A DNA stretch of 64,000 nt from the NCBI GenBank assembly GCA_965215195.1, contig CBDCDC010000002.1, forward strand, positions 160,001 through 224,000. The letters run 5' to 3'. Source of the DNA: Candidatus Latescibacterota bacterium. Its GTDB lineage: Bacteria; Latescibacterota; UBA2968; UBA8231. How positions within the stretch are numbered: position 1 is the first letter of the stretch; each line of letters opens with the position of its first letter. Below, one piece after another: positions 30,637-40,529 of the stretch. The translations under genes and the position numbers were made by a program. The notes beneath the pieces are model-generated. The model ran no database searches and was not told where the DNA came from. It was given only the letters and a program-made list of their open reading frames with translations.

Positions 30637-31920
30637 ATGAAGACACTTGTAACGCCCGTTGGCACATCGCTGTTTACGAACTATCTCGATAAGAACTCGA
30701 ATGATGAGACCTCAAAATCTTATTATGACACAATCAAAAAACGCCCCGCTTCGGAGTGGGGCGATTATGAGAGTGAAATTAACGATCTGAAGAGGGTTAG
30801 CCTTAGCTTTATCGGCATGTCTGGAGTACAGGCTTCAGCCGAACTTCAGAGCATCGCTAAAATTCGATGCGAACTCAACGAGGAACTCAAAGTTCGCCTG
30901 CTTGCCTCGGGTACGATTGCGTCGCGATTGGCGGCGGAGATTTTGGCTGACAATACTTTGGCTGACAATACAGTGACCCCGGTTTTGGGAAGTGGTGTAC
31001 GTGTCGAATTTGATTCAGAAAAAGATGTAATCAAAGGTTTACAGGTTGAAGATCCCAAAGCCTTTTCAAATGAAGGCATGACCAACCTGATTCAAAAGAT
31101 TGACCAAGAGGCTTCTGGATACTGGCCGAAACTTGCTATCAATATCACTGGAGGGTTCAAAGCTACCTTGCCATATCTGACGATTTTGGCACAACTCAAG
31201 CACATTCCGCTTTACTACAACTTTGAGGACACTGACTCACTCATCAAAATTCCGCAAGCACCATTGGTTATTGATTGGGGCTTGATTGAACGGTATTCCG
31301 ACATCCTTATGCAAATTGATAAGGGTGTAGAAGGCAATTGGCCGAAATTTAAAAAAAGACACTACCAAGCTGTTCAAAATTTGGAGGCATTCATTGAAGT
31401 TGATGACAAGGATGCACTTCTGTCACCGATTGGCACAATTTTCTGGGAGGAGTATCAAAATTACTTCGTCGTCGAATTGCCAGGTGGAAGTTATTACGGC
31501 TATAATTCCACTGACCGTCGGTCGATTGATGGAGCCATTGAAGAGCTTTATAGACGGTTACGCGCTGTTCTGTCAGACACTTGCCTGCAAGACTGCGATG
31601 GAAATCTTATACCTGATAAGTGTTACGAAAAAATTCGTAATTTGGGACACAATGATGACTTGAATCACGGTAGGCAGATTCCCAATCCGACGGAAAGTCA
31701 GGACCGGGAAATTTTCATTTTCAAATCAACAAATGATGTTCATATACGATTGCTGTATACCTTCAAGGTTAATAGTAAAAAAATTACTCGGCTCAAGATA
31801 TTCGACCTCCTTTGTCGAGATTTCGATCATGAGAGTTATATTGACGATTGGAAAACAAAGTTCGGTGAAGAAAGATTTCCTGAAATCAACTTTGTCACAC
31901 GTACACTTGAAATTCCTTAG
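30637..31920 (+). CDS. CARF (APE2256-like) protein with a putative C-terminal RelE-like nuclease, Cami1-type effector
   Basis: VGTSLFTNY, SAELQS, INITGGFKATLPYL and YYNFE are APE2256-type CARF motifs. The C-terminal IFIFKS..HIRLLY..DHESY suggests a RelE-like fold (inferred). Confidence 0.8.
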   Translation: MKTLVTPVGTSLFTNYLDKNSNDETSKSYYDTIKKRPASEWGDYESEINDLKRVSLSFIGMSGVQASAELQSIAKIRCELNEELKVRLLASGTIASRLAAEILADNTLADNTVTPVLGSGVRVEFDSEKDVIKGLQVEDPKAFSNEGMTNLIQKIDQEASGYWPKLAINITGGFKATLPYLTILAQLKHIPLYYNFEDTDSLIKIPQAPLVIDWGLIERYSDILMQIDKGVEGNWPKFKKRHYQAVQNLEAFIEVDDKDALLSPIGTIFWEEYQNYFVVELPGGSYYGYNSTDRRSIDGAIEELYRRLRAVLSDTCLQDCDGNLIPDKCYEKIRNLGHNDDLNHGRQIPNPTESQDREIFIFKSTNDVHIRLLYTFKVNSKKITRLKIFDLLCRDFDHESYIDDWKTKFGEERFPEINFVTRTLEIP

Positions 31921-31935
31921 AAAGGAGAAACCCAA

Positions 31936-32928
31936 ATGTTCAAACAAGCTAAACCCTTCTTCCTCATCGTCGAAACCCCACTCCACGCCGGAAGCGGTAG
32001 TGACCTCGGCATTGTTGACCTGCCCATCCAGCGCGAGACGCACACGGATTACCCGAAAATCGAAGCGTCCGGGTTGAAGGGGAGTATCCGTGAAATTTTC
32101 GATGCTCAAAACAAGGATGCTCAAGCTATCAAGCTTGCATTCAAGCTTGCATTCGGCCCTGAGCAAGGCGATCTGCACGCGGGTGCCTTGGGGTTTACCG
32201 ATGCACGTCTCTTGCTTTTCCCGGTCAAGTCGGTCAAAGGTGTGTTTGCATGGGTGACGTGCCCAGCAGTTTTGGAGCGTTTCAAATATGACCTCTCCAT
32301 TTGCCAACCGAGCATTACGTTTGTTGACGATCTCCCTAGCCGCAATACGGTGCCGACCGAGAGCGGACTCATTGTGAAGGACGAGGGAAATGCCAAGAAA
32401 ATCGTGTTGGAAGAATACACGTTCACTGTCAATTCCGACAAAGAATGTGATGCTGTCGCAAAGTGGATTGCCAACAGAGTCCTTCCGCCAGATCTATGCT
32501 ATAACTATTGGCATGAGAAGGTGAAACGAATCCTCGTCGTGTTGAGCGATGATGATTTTCGCGATTTCGTGACGCTCTCAACGGAGGTCATCGCCCGAAC
32601 CAAAATCGACAGTGAAACCGGCACCGTTCAATCGGGTGCGCTGTGGTACGAGGAATACTTACCTACGGATTCGATTCTTTACTCGCTTGCATTGACGACA
32701 CCGCTGTTCTTAAAAGTTGATGGGAATGATGATGCACAAAAGCAAAAAGATGAGAAGGCAAAAAAAGGCATCTTCTATGCTGGCCAAGGGGTGGACAAAA
32801 ACCACGAGGAAGCCAAGAAGGTGATGGAATTCTTTGCGGACGGATTGCCGAATATCATCCAAATCGGCGGCAATGCAACCATTGGCAAGGGATTGGTTCG
32901 GACACACGTTTATCAACATGGGGGGTAA
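31936..32928 (+). CDS. cmr4: Type III-B Cmr4
   Basis: TPLHAGSG, VDLPIQRE (catalytic Asp), SGLKGSIR, DARLLLFPV, LWYEEYLP, QIGGNATIGKG. Confidence 0.97.
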   Translation: MFKQAKPFFLIVETPLHAGSGSDLGIVDLPIQRETHTDYPKIEASGLKGSIREIFDAQNKDAQAIKLAFKLAFGPEQGDLHAGALGFTDARLLLFPVKSVKGVFAWVTCPAVLERFKYDLSICQPSITFVDDLPSRNTVPTESGLIVKDEGNAKKIVLEEYTFTVNSDKECDAVAKWIANRVLPPDLCYNYWHEKVKRILVVLSDDDFRDFVTLSTEVIARTKIDSETGTVQSGALWYEEYLPTDSILYSLALTTPLFLKVDGNDDAQKQKDEKAKKGIFYAGQGVDKNHEEAKKVMEFFADGLPNIIQIGGNATIGKGLVRTHVYQHGG

Positions 32929-32929
32929 A

Positions 32930-33340
32930 ATGATGCCACAAAATCAGACAACACTTAAGGGAATTGAACAGGGGCGGGCCAAGTATGCTTTCTGCGTTGT
33001 CAATGACGTCAGCCAGATCGAATCTGATGACTTAAAAAAGAAGTATAAAACTGCTGCGAAGAAGATTCCTGTTCTAATAAAAACCAACGGGCTTGGGCAA
33101 TCCCTAGCATTCATTAAGAAAAGGAATGATGGTTACGACAAGCTGTACGAGCAGATTGGGAACTGGATCCAAACTGAGGATGCCAAGCAATTGGTTCCGT
33201 CGGGCGAACTTGTCGAAGAGGTTATCCAACTTCAATCGCCTGTCTATCGGCAAGTCACTATCGAAACGCTCGCGCTACTCAATTGGATTCGCCGATTTGT
33301 GGATGGACTCATGAAAGATGTGGAGGCAGACAATGACTAA
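32930..33340 (+). CDS. cmr5: Type III-B small subunit Cmr5
   Basis: [35 protein letters not shown]. Confidence 0.93.
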   Translation: MMPQNQTTLKGIEQGRAKYAFCVVNDVSQIESDDLKKKYKTAAKKIPVLIKTNGLGQSLAFIKKRNDGYDKLYEQIGNWIQTEDAKQLVPSGELVEEVIQLQSPVYRQVTIETLALLNWIRRFVDGLMKDVEADND

Positions 33341-34400
33341 CTACCATCCATCCGATACGGAGCAACTGATTCGCTCATGTAACCACCGGATTGACAACTT
33401 TGCTCTACGCTACCGACATTTTTTGCGGATTGATGCCCCAAGAGGCAATGACCTGAAATACAAAATCAACTTTCAGTGTTCCGGTCAGAAGCTTGAGAAA
33501 TCGTCTCAAGAATGTGTCAAGCATCTGAGAGAACGGCAACGCCAGCAACTCCAGCAGTTTGCTATGCGCGGCATTGAACTTTACTGCGTTGATGCAACGG
33601 TTGATTGGCGGCTGATTGTTGGTCTCGGTAGCGAGCATATTCAGGAGACAAACATGACGCTCCATCACATCTACGGCATTCCGTACATTCCCGGAAGTGC
33701 TGTGAAGGGCGTGTTGCGCCACTGGTGGTTGCATGAGGATTTTGACAATGACGAAAACAAAGCCCTGAAAAATAAAAGTTTTCTCGCTCTCTTTGGCAGC
33801 CAAAAACAGCGCGGGAAAGTGCAATTCATTGACGCCTATCCTGATGAAGTCCGTTTTGCAACGGATATCATGAATCCGCACTATCCCGACTATTACAGTG
33901 GCAGCAAACCACCAACAGATTCTCAAAATCCAGTGCCTATCAATTTTTTGACCGTCGAGCAGACCACCTTTCGATTCGCTTTCTTGGCAAAGGATCAAGA
34001 ACTTCTCGATAAACTCAAGGCGCGATTTGAAGATGCCTTAGAAATGAAAGGCATTGGAGCGAAAACAGCGGTTGGTTATGGGTATTTCCGCGATTTTAAA
34101 GACCAGACTGCCAACATAACAGACCGTGAAGCCGATATGCCCGCTCGGCCTTTGAATGCGACCAAAAGCACTATATCAATCACAGCAGACCGCGAAGCCC
34201 GTGAAGTCGGAACTGTAAAATGGTTCAACGCTGCCAGAGGATTCGGTTTTATTGAGCAAGAAGGTGGCGAAGACGTTTTTGTCCATTATTCCGCGATTCA
34301 AGCCAAGGGCTATAAATCTTTGGCAGAGGGTGACTGTGTTGAATTTGACATTACCGAGGGGCCTAAGGGACTCCAAGCTTCAAATGTCGTGAAGCGATAA
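33333..34400 (+). CDS. cmr6: Cmr6 fused to a C-terminal cold-shock domain
   Basis: [27 protein letters not shown] and [11 protein letters not shown], then [34 protein letters not shown] (RNP1/RNP2). Confidence 0.95.
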   Translation: MTNYHPSDTEQLIRSCNHRIDNFALRYRHFLRIDAPRGNDLKYKINFQCSGQKLEKSSQECVKHLRERQRQQLQQFAMRGIELYCVDATVDWRLIVGLGSEHIQETNMTLHHIYGIPYIPGSAVKGVLRHWWLHEDFDNDENKALKNKSFLALFGSQKQRGKVQFIDAYPDEVRFATDIMNPHYPDYYSGSKPPTDSQNPVPINFLTVEQTTFRFAFLAKDQELLDKLKARFEDALEMKGIGAKTAVGYGYFRDFKDQTANITDREADMPARPLNATKSTISITADREAREVGTVKWFNAARGFGFIEQEGGEDVFVHYSAIQAKGYKSLAEGDCVEFDITEGPKGLQASNVVKR

Positions 34401-34587
34401 TCTGAAATAAATTCAGAATCATGCCGCGGGCACTCTCTCTTTTTGAGATGGTGTTTTTTTATGTACGCGTCGAGACATCTTGCTCGCGCACAGGCCGCTC
34501 GGCTACTGAAGGCGTTGGAGGACAAGCTAACCCATCCCCACCCTGTAGATTACCCGGACCATCCCTCGCACGAGCAAAGGAGTAAAC

Positions 34588-36471
34588 ATGCAAGAAGTAT
34601 TGCGCCAAGCGCGACAGCACATTGACGCGAGTGAATTCGACCGGGCCGAGAGCCTGTGTGCCGATGTCTTGGTGGCCGATCCGGTCTGTGTGCCGGCACA
34701 CCAACTGATGGCGCGGGTGTGGCTGGGACGGAAGCAACCCGACAAAGTGCGCGACCGCCTCGGGTATCGCGACCAGTTGCCCCACGACGAACACTATGTC
34801 GAGTGGGGCCTGATCGCCGAGGAGATGGAAGACTTGGAGACCGCCGGCCAGCTCTATGAAGGGCTGCTGCAGCGGGAGCCGCAAAACGCCGTGGCCCTGT
34901 ACCGGCTGGGCTTGCTGTGCCTCGAACGCGGCGAGCGGGACCGGGCCGTGGGCCTGTTGCAGCGCACCTTGCGGGCGAGTCCAGAGTACGCTCCGGCCGC
35001 GTTTGAGCTGGCCCAGTGCTATGCCGAAGACGAGTTGTGGGGGCTGGCGGCCGATGCGTACGAGCGGGGCTTGGAGCGCGACCCGTCCCATGAGGAGGCC
35101 CGCACCGCCCTGCAAGTGGTGGAGGCGCGGATGCGGGAACTGGCCGAGTTGCCCAGCAGCGAGGTGCCGGCCGGGGAGGGCCCCACGCGGCGGATGCGGG
35201 TATTGTTCGCTGGGCGGGAAAATGTCCACGCCCGGCAGTGGATAGACGAAAATGGCCGGGTTGGGTACAGTCCGGTCCATGAGCCGCTCGCCGAGCATCT
35301 GTTAAGCCTGCATTTGCAAGGGACCGCGACCTTGGGCGTGTACCCGGTGCGGGCCGACCAGACGGTGCTGTTTGGGGCCCTCGATATTGATGTGCGCAAA
35401 AACGCCCTCACCGCGGGGCAGCCGCTCGCCGACCGACTGCGGGAAACCGTGCAGGCCGATGCCCGGCGGCTCGCCCGGCAGTTCGATGCGTTGCACCTGC
35501 CGGTCTATGTGGAGGAGAGCGGGTACAAGGGCGTACATCTGTGGATCTTTCTTGCGGAGCCGGTGCCGGCTGCGGAGGTGAAGCGCTTTTTGGAGGCGGT
35601 CGTCCAGCGGGTCGGCCCCCCTGCGCCCGAGCTCCAGTGGGAGGTATTCCCCAAGCAAGAGCAGGTCGCCGAGGACCAGTTGGGCAATCTGATCAAGTTG
35701 CCGTTGGGCATTCATCTCAAGACTGGGCGGCGGTGTTTGTTCACGGACTTGGAAGGGCAGGAGTACAGCGATCAGGAAGGGTTCCTCCAGCGCATTCAGC
35801 AGGTTGAGCGCAAGGATTTCGAGCGGGCCGTGTCTCGCTTGGTGGCCCGGCCCGAGCAAGGCGGCGCGGCCGGGTCGGCTCAAGCCCTGCGCGAGGCTTT
35901 TCCCGAATACGAGGCCCTGTTCAAGGGCTGCCCGGTCTTGGTCGCCCTTATGGAAAAGGCCGTGGTCACCCATCACCTCACCCACGACGAACGCTTGGTC
36001 CTCAAGTGCGTTTTGGCGCACTTAGGCGACAGGGGGCGTCGGCTGATCCACAGTATTGTCGGGCACTGCCTCGATTACTCTGAGGCGATCACCCAGCAGC
36101 AAATTGAGCGCACCCCGCCCTATCCGGTCAGTTGTCCCAAAATTCGTCAGCGCCTCCCGGAGGTCACTTCAACGGTCAACTGCGCGTGTGTGTTCGAGTT
36201 GCCCGAAGGGGGGTATCCTTCGCCGCTGTTGCATCTCGAGCCAGACTTTACCAAGGGTCGGTCTCACAATGCCGATCGGCACGGGCCGATGGTGGACAAG
36301 TACGTGAATTTGCGGCGGGATTATCAGCGGCTGAGCCGCGAGTTGGCCCACCTCGAAGACGATCTGCGCTACGCGCTTGACTCGAGCGGCCAAGACGAGT
36401 TGCGGGCCGGCGGGTGGATTCTGCGCCGCGATGGGGAGGGTCGCTTAAAGGTGGAGATCGACTTGGGGTGA
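34588..36471 (+). CDS. CRISPR-associated primase-polymerase (CAPP): TPR + AEP primase-polymerase + Cys-rich C-terminal domain
   Basis: TPR repeats; AEP motifs LDID (DxD), ESGYKGVHLW (SxH), EVFPKQ and GNLIKLPLG; PriL-like Cys pattern GCPV..HCLDY..SCPKI..NCAC; stop overlaps the cas1 start. Confidence 0.92.
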   Translation: MQEVLRQARQHIDASEFDRAESLCADVLVADPVCVPAHQLMARVWLGRKQPDKVRDRLGYRDQLPHDEHYVEWGLIAEEMEDLETAGQLYEGLLQREPQNAVALYRLGLLCLERGERDRAVGLLQRTLRASPEYAPAAFELAQCYAEDELWGLAADAYERGLERDPSHEEARTALQVVEARMRELAELPSSEVPAGEGPTRRMRVLFAGRENVHARQWIDENGRVGYSPVHEPLAEHLLSLHLQGTATLGVYPVRADQTVLFGALDIDVRKNALTAGQPLADRLRETVQADARRLARQFDALHLPVYVEESGYKGVHLWIFLAEPVPAAEVKRFLEAVVQRVGPPAPELQWEVFPKQEQVAEDQLGNLIKLPLGIHLKTGRRCLFTDLEGQEYSDQEGFLQRIQQVERKDFERAVSRLVARPEQGGAAGSAQALREAFPEYEALFKGCPVLVALMEKAVVTHHLTHDERLVLKCVLAHLGDRGRRLIHSIVGHCLDYSEAITQQQIERTPPYPVSCPKIRQRLPEVTSTVNCACVFELPEGGYPSPLLHLEPDFTKGRSHNADRHGPMVDKYVNLRRDYQRLSRELAHLEDDLRYALDSSGQDELRAGGWILRRDGEGRLKVEIDLG

Positions 36472-37466
36472 TTCTCTATGTGACGGATCAGGGCGCGGGG
36501 GTCTATTGCCGCGGCGAGCGTTTGCAGGTGCGGCGGCGCAAGGAAGTATTGGCCGAGGTGCATCTGTACGATCTGGAACAGGTGGTGCTCATGGGCCGGA
36601 TCGCGCTTTCGGCCGCGGCCATGGGCACGTTGCTCGAGCGGGGCGTGGATACAGTCTTGCTGAGCGTGCATGGTCGATACCGGGGCCGGCTGGTCGGACC
36701 CGAACGGCGCAATGTGCTGCTGCGGCAACAGCAGTTCAAGCGCTACGAAGACGAGCCGTTTCGGCTGGGGGTGGGGCGGGCCGTGGTTGAGGGCAAGCTA
36801 CGCAATATGCGGACCCTGCTCATGCGCTTGGCCCGGCGGCGCAGGGTGGATGTGGGGGCGGTGGCCCACTTGCTGCGTCGGTCGATTCAGCAGGTCGGGC
36901 AGGCGACTAACGCGGAGTCGCTACGCGGTTTGGAGGGGGCCGGTAGCGCGGCTTATTTTGGGGTGCTTGGGGACTTTTTTCCCGAGGAACTCCCGTTCAA
37001 GGGACGCAACCGACGGCCGCCCAAGGATCCGGCCAATGCGCTGCTCAGCTTTGGGTATGCTCTGTTAGGCAACAGTGTGGAGGGCGCGGTCTATTTGGCC
37101 GGGCTCGATCCGTACTTGGGCTTTCTGCATGTGGTGGACTATGGGCGTCCTTCGCTCTCGCTGGATTTGATGGAGGAATTTCGGCCGGTGTTGGTTGATG
37201 CGCTGGTCTTGGATTTGGTCAACCACCATCGGGTGCAGAGCGAGGATTTTGAAGCGCGGGACGGAGGGGTATTTTTGCAGGGGGCGGGCCGCAAGCGGCT
37301 GATTGAGGCGTACCAACGCCGTCTCGAAGACCGGGTGGCCTACCCAGTAGGGGCCGAGCGAGTGGAACGGATTTCTTATCGGCGTTGCCTCGAATATCAG
37401 GTGCGCCGATTGGCCCGGGTGATCTTGGGCGAGGAAGACCACTATCGGGCCTTTCTGGTGCGTTGA
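36468..37466 (+). CDS. cas1: CRISPR-associated endonuclease Cas1 (no RT or Cas4 fusion)
   Basis: LYVTDQG, RGLEG..AAYF, RNRRPPKDPANALLSFGY, GLDPYLGFLH, LDLMEEFRP. Confidence 0.97.
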   Translation: MILYVTDQGAGVYCRGERLQVRRRKEVLAEVHLYDLEQVVLMGRIALSAAAMGTLLERGVDTVLLSVHGRYRGRLVGPERRNVLLRQQQFKRYEDEPFRLGVGRAVVEGKLRNMRTLLMRLARRRRVDVGAVAHLLRRSIQQVGQATNAESLRGLEGAGSAAYFGVLGDFFPEELPFKGRNRRPPKDPANALLSFGYALLGNSVEGAVYLAGLDPYLGFLHVVDYGRPSLSLDLMEEFRPVLVDALVLDLVNHHRVQSEDFEARDGGVFLQGAGRKRLIEAYQRRLEDRVAYPVGAERVERISYRRCLEYQVRRLARVILGEEDHYRAFLVR

Positions 37467-37467
37467 G

Positions 37468-37743
37468 ATGTTTGTGACGGTTTGCTTTGATATCAGCTCG
37501 GACCGAACCCGTCGGCAGGCGACTCGGGTGCTGGAGGCTTATGGGACGCGGGTGCAGAAGAGTGTGTTCGAATGTCGCATTGGTGAGCGGCAGTTTGTCG
37601 AGTTGCGGCAACGCATGAGTCAGATCAATCTGGGGGCAGGTGATCTGGTGCGCTACTATACGCTGTGCCGGGCTTGTCAGGCCAAAGTCGAATTTACCGG
37701 CGGTTTGCCGCCGCAGGAGGAAAAAGGGCATATCGTCGTTTGA
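37468..37743 (+). CDS. cas2: CRISPR-associated endonuclease Cas2
   Basis: VCFDISSDR, YGTRVQKSVFEC, DLVRYY. Confidence 0.97.
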   Translation: MFVTVCFDISSDRTRRQATRVLEAYGTRVQKSVFECRIGERQFVELRQRMSQINLGAGDLVRYYTLCRACQAKVEFTGGLPPQEEKGHIVV

Positions 37744-38004
37744 AAGGGGGAATTTGCGACTCAGTTTAAGAAAGGGTTGTCAAAATAGCACAATGGGGTT
37801 ATATTTTTTTGTGCCGTAAGGAATTGGGTGCGTTACTTGATCCGATTCTGGGTCGCAAATGGGTAACGGCCTGTCCTAGAATTAGTTGGCTCAGATGCTC
37901 TTGCCACAGTCAGAATGGTTTTGATAGGCGGGTGCCTGTCAAAATGGCCTGAGTCGCATAAGGGGGCTAGACGGACTGTGGCCCAATAAGTTAGAAAGGA
38001 GGCA
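37744..38004 (+). promoter_or_regulatory. CRISPR leader
   Basis: AT-richer non-coding 261 bp between cas2 and the first repeat. Confidence 0.8.
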
Positions 38005-40354
38005 ATCAGAACACTGGACCCGATTTGTAGGGGATTGAAACGAGCCGATATCCGGTGTGGCGGCAAATTCAATACATAAATCAGAACACTGGACCCGATT
38101 TGTAGGGGATTGAAACATGCCGTTTTCGACCTCGCCGCCGGTCCACGTGTACGTATCAGAACACTGGACCCGATTTGTAGGGGATTGAAACACACCCAAG
38201 AGGTGTCCACCCGCACCAGGACCCGAGAGATCAGAACACTGGACCCGATTTGTAGGGGATTGAAACTTCTTGTTCCGCATCCTGCCGCGCAGCTTCCTGG
38301 ATATCAGAACACTGGACCCGATTTGTAGGGGATTGAAACTTTGCCGCGACCCGCTCCATGCACTCGTTAAACTCTTATCAGAACACTGGACCCGATTTGT
38401 AGGGGATTGAAACGTAATTAAACGACACGAGGTTGTTGTGAAACACACACATCAGAACACTGGACCCGATTTGTAGGGGATTGAAACCGAGAAAGTCATC
38501 TTCGGGTGGCGAGTACAGTGGCGAAATCAGAACACTGGACCCGATTTGTAGGGGATTGAAACATCTGTAGGCTGACGTCTTCGATCGTGATGGTATCGGG
38601 GTATCAGAACACTGGACCCGATTTGTAGGGGATTGAAACACGGCACCGACCGCTTCCTCGACCTCCGTAACCACCTATCAGAACACTGGACCCGATTTGT
38701 AGGGGATTGAAACTAATGGTCTCGGTCTCAGTCTCGGCCGAAGTCTCGGTATCAGAACACTGGACCCGATTTGTAGGGGATTGAAACTTCTTGCCCACAC
38801 GAATGTGGGGGTTTTGTGCCTCCGATCAGAACACTGGACCCGATTTGTAGGGGATTGAAACCACTTGGGCGGCCCCATGTCCGCAGCCGAGTTGCTCATA
38901 TCAGAACACTGGACCCGATTTGTAGGGGATTGAAACGAAAAGAAGAGGGCGAACGCCTGGGTCTTGTACCCTCCCAATCAGAACACTGGACCCGATTTGT
39001 AGGGGATTGAAACCACGACTTGTCGAGGGGGAAGTCTTCGGGGAGTCTCTCATCAGAACACTGGACCCGATTTGTAGGGGATTGAAACTGGATGGAGTTC
39101 TGCTGGAGAGCGTACTGGAAACCGAAATCAGAACACTGGACCCGATTTGTAGGGGATTGAAACGGGTCAGCGCCCGCCCGATAGGGTTTCTCGAAGAATC
39201 AGAACACTGGACCCGATTTGTAGGGGATTGAAACTGCCCGAGAACTCGCCGGGACCAATCAGAGACGCACATCAGAACACTGGACCCGATTTGTAGGGGA
39301 TTGAAACTTTTTTTCATACGGGGGTTCCTTCGCGTTGGGCGCGGATCAGAACACTGGACCCGATTTGTAGGGGATTGAAACTCAACCCACCTAGCCCGAA
39401 TCCCCCGAATCCCAAAAAAATCAGAACACTGGACCCGATTTGTAGGGGATTGAAACTTTAGAGAGTTGGGTTAGGTGGTTTGCGGCTTCCTCTTATCAGA
39501 ACACTGGACCCGATTTGTAGGGGATTGAAACTTGATGTCATTAACAGTGATCTGGAACATTTTGGCCTATCAGAACACTGGACCCGATTTGTAGGGGATT
39601 GAAACCCGATCGCCGCCCACCTCGTCCGGCGGATTTACCATCTCATCAGAACACTGGACCCGATTTGTAGGGGATTGAAACTTATGTGGGAATGGGGGTG
39701 GAAAAAAAACGACGAGATCAGAACACTGGACCCGATTTGTAGGGGATTGAAACAATGACTGCCTGACGCGACGGAGCGTCTTGATCAGGTATCAGAACAC
39801 TGGACCCGATTTGTAGGGGATTGAAACTTCATCACGATGCTTAAGTGCTCGGGGGCAATTTTCCCATCAGAACACTGGACCCGATTTGTAGGGGATTGAA
39901 ACTCGTCGAATTCGGGACTGAGCCCATTCTCGGTTTGAACGATCAGAACACTGGACCCGATTTGTAGGGGATTGAAACGCTCCTGCAGGGCAATCAGCGC
40001 CCTCTTGGTTCTTGCCATCAGAACACTGGACCCGATTTGTAGGGGATTGAAACACCTGCACGGTGGTCCCGAGTGCGAGCTCGTTTACAAGGATCAGAAC
40101 ACTGGACCCGATTTGTAGGGGATTGAAACACCTCCGAGACCACTTCGTCGGACTCGAGGTTGATATATCAGAACACTGGACCCGATTTGTAGGGGATTGA
40201 AACGCTTAGTGGGGCGACCTAGAAGAGCCGTTCCTCGAGCGATCAGAACACTGGACCCGATTTGTAGGGGATTGAAACCGATCTGGAACATTTGAGTCTC
40301 CTCAATTGTGGCCGCAGATCAGAACACTGGACCCGATTTGTAGGGGATTGAAAC
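38005..40354 (+). CRISPR. CRISPR array: 32 copies of the 37-bp repeat ATCAGAACACTGGACCCGATTTGTAGGGGATTGAAAC and 31 spacers of about 34-40 bp
   Basis: Repeats counted by hand from 38005 to 40318; no variants seen. The 3' ATTGAAAC handle and the leader position give + orientation. Confidence 0.99.
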
Positions 40355-40380
40355 CCCGGAAGGCAGAAAGGAGGAGGCAA

Positions 40381-40482
40381 ATGAAAAAGGTTGTCTGCGC
40401 TGGACCGCCTAGGTCCGGCAGAAGCTATTTGTGCGAGGGATTGAAGCAGGCTATTATAAAAATTACCAAAGACGACCCGTAA
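40381..40482 (+). pseudogene. Truncated N-terminus of a P-loop protein resembling the ATPase-Csx3/Crn3 fusion
   Basis: Strong SD AAGGAGGAGG, then MKKVVCAGPPRSGRSYLCEGLKQAIIKITKDDP*; Walker A-like GPPRSG(R)S. Confidence 0.6.
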
Positions 40483-40529
40483 AAGATTGCTGGCGTTGTG
40501 ACTCGCCAAATACAATCGAGGTTTGCGTA

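Noticed and set aside
39089-39126. Spacer self-match to the region near 53787
   Set aside because: Only two separate 10-mers match, far apart in the putative target; expected by chance.
40390-40415. CTGGACC segment as a degenerate 33rd repeat
   Set aside because: Only about 9/16 matches and no 3' handle; better explained as codons of the P-loop remnant.
40431-40435. GTGCG as a group II intron 5' splice site, and the ORF-track RT start at 40431
   Set aside because: It is only 99 bp before the likely RT start, leaving no room for domains I-III, and it lies within the P-loop remnant reading frame.
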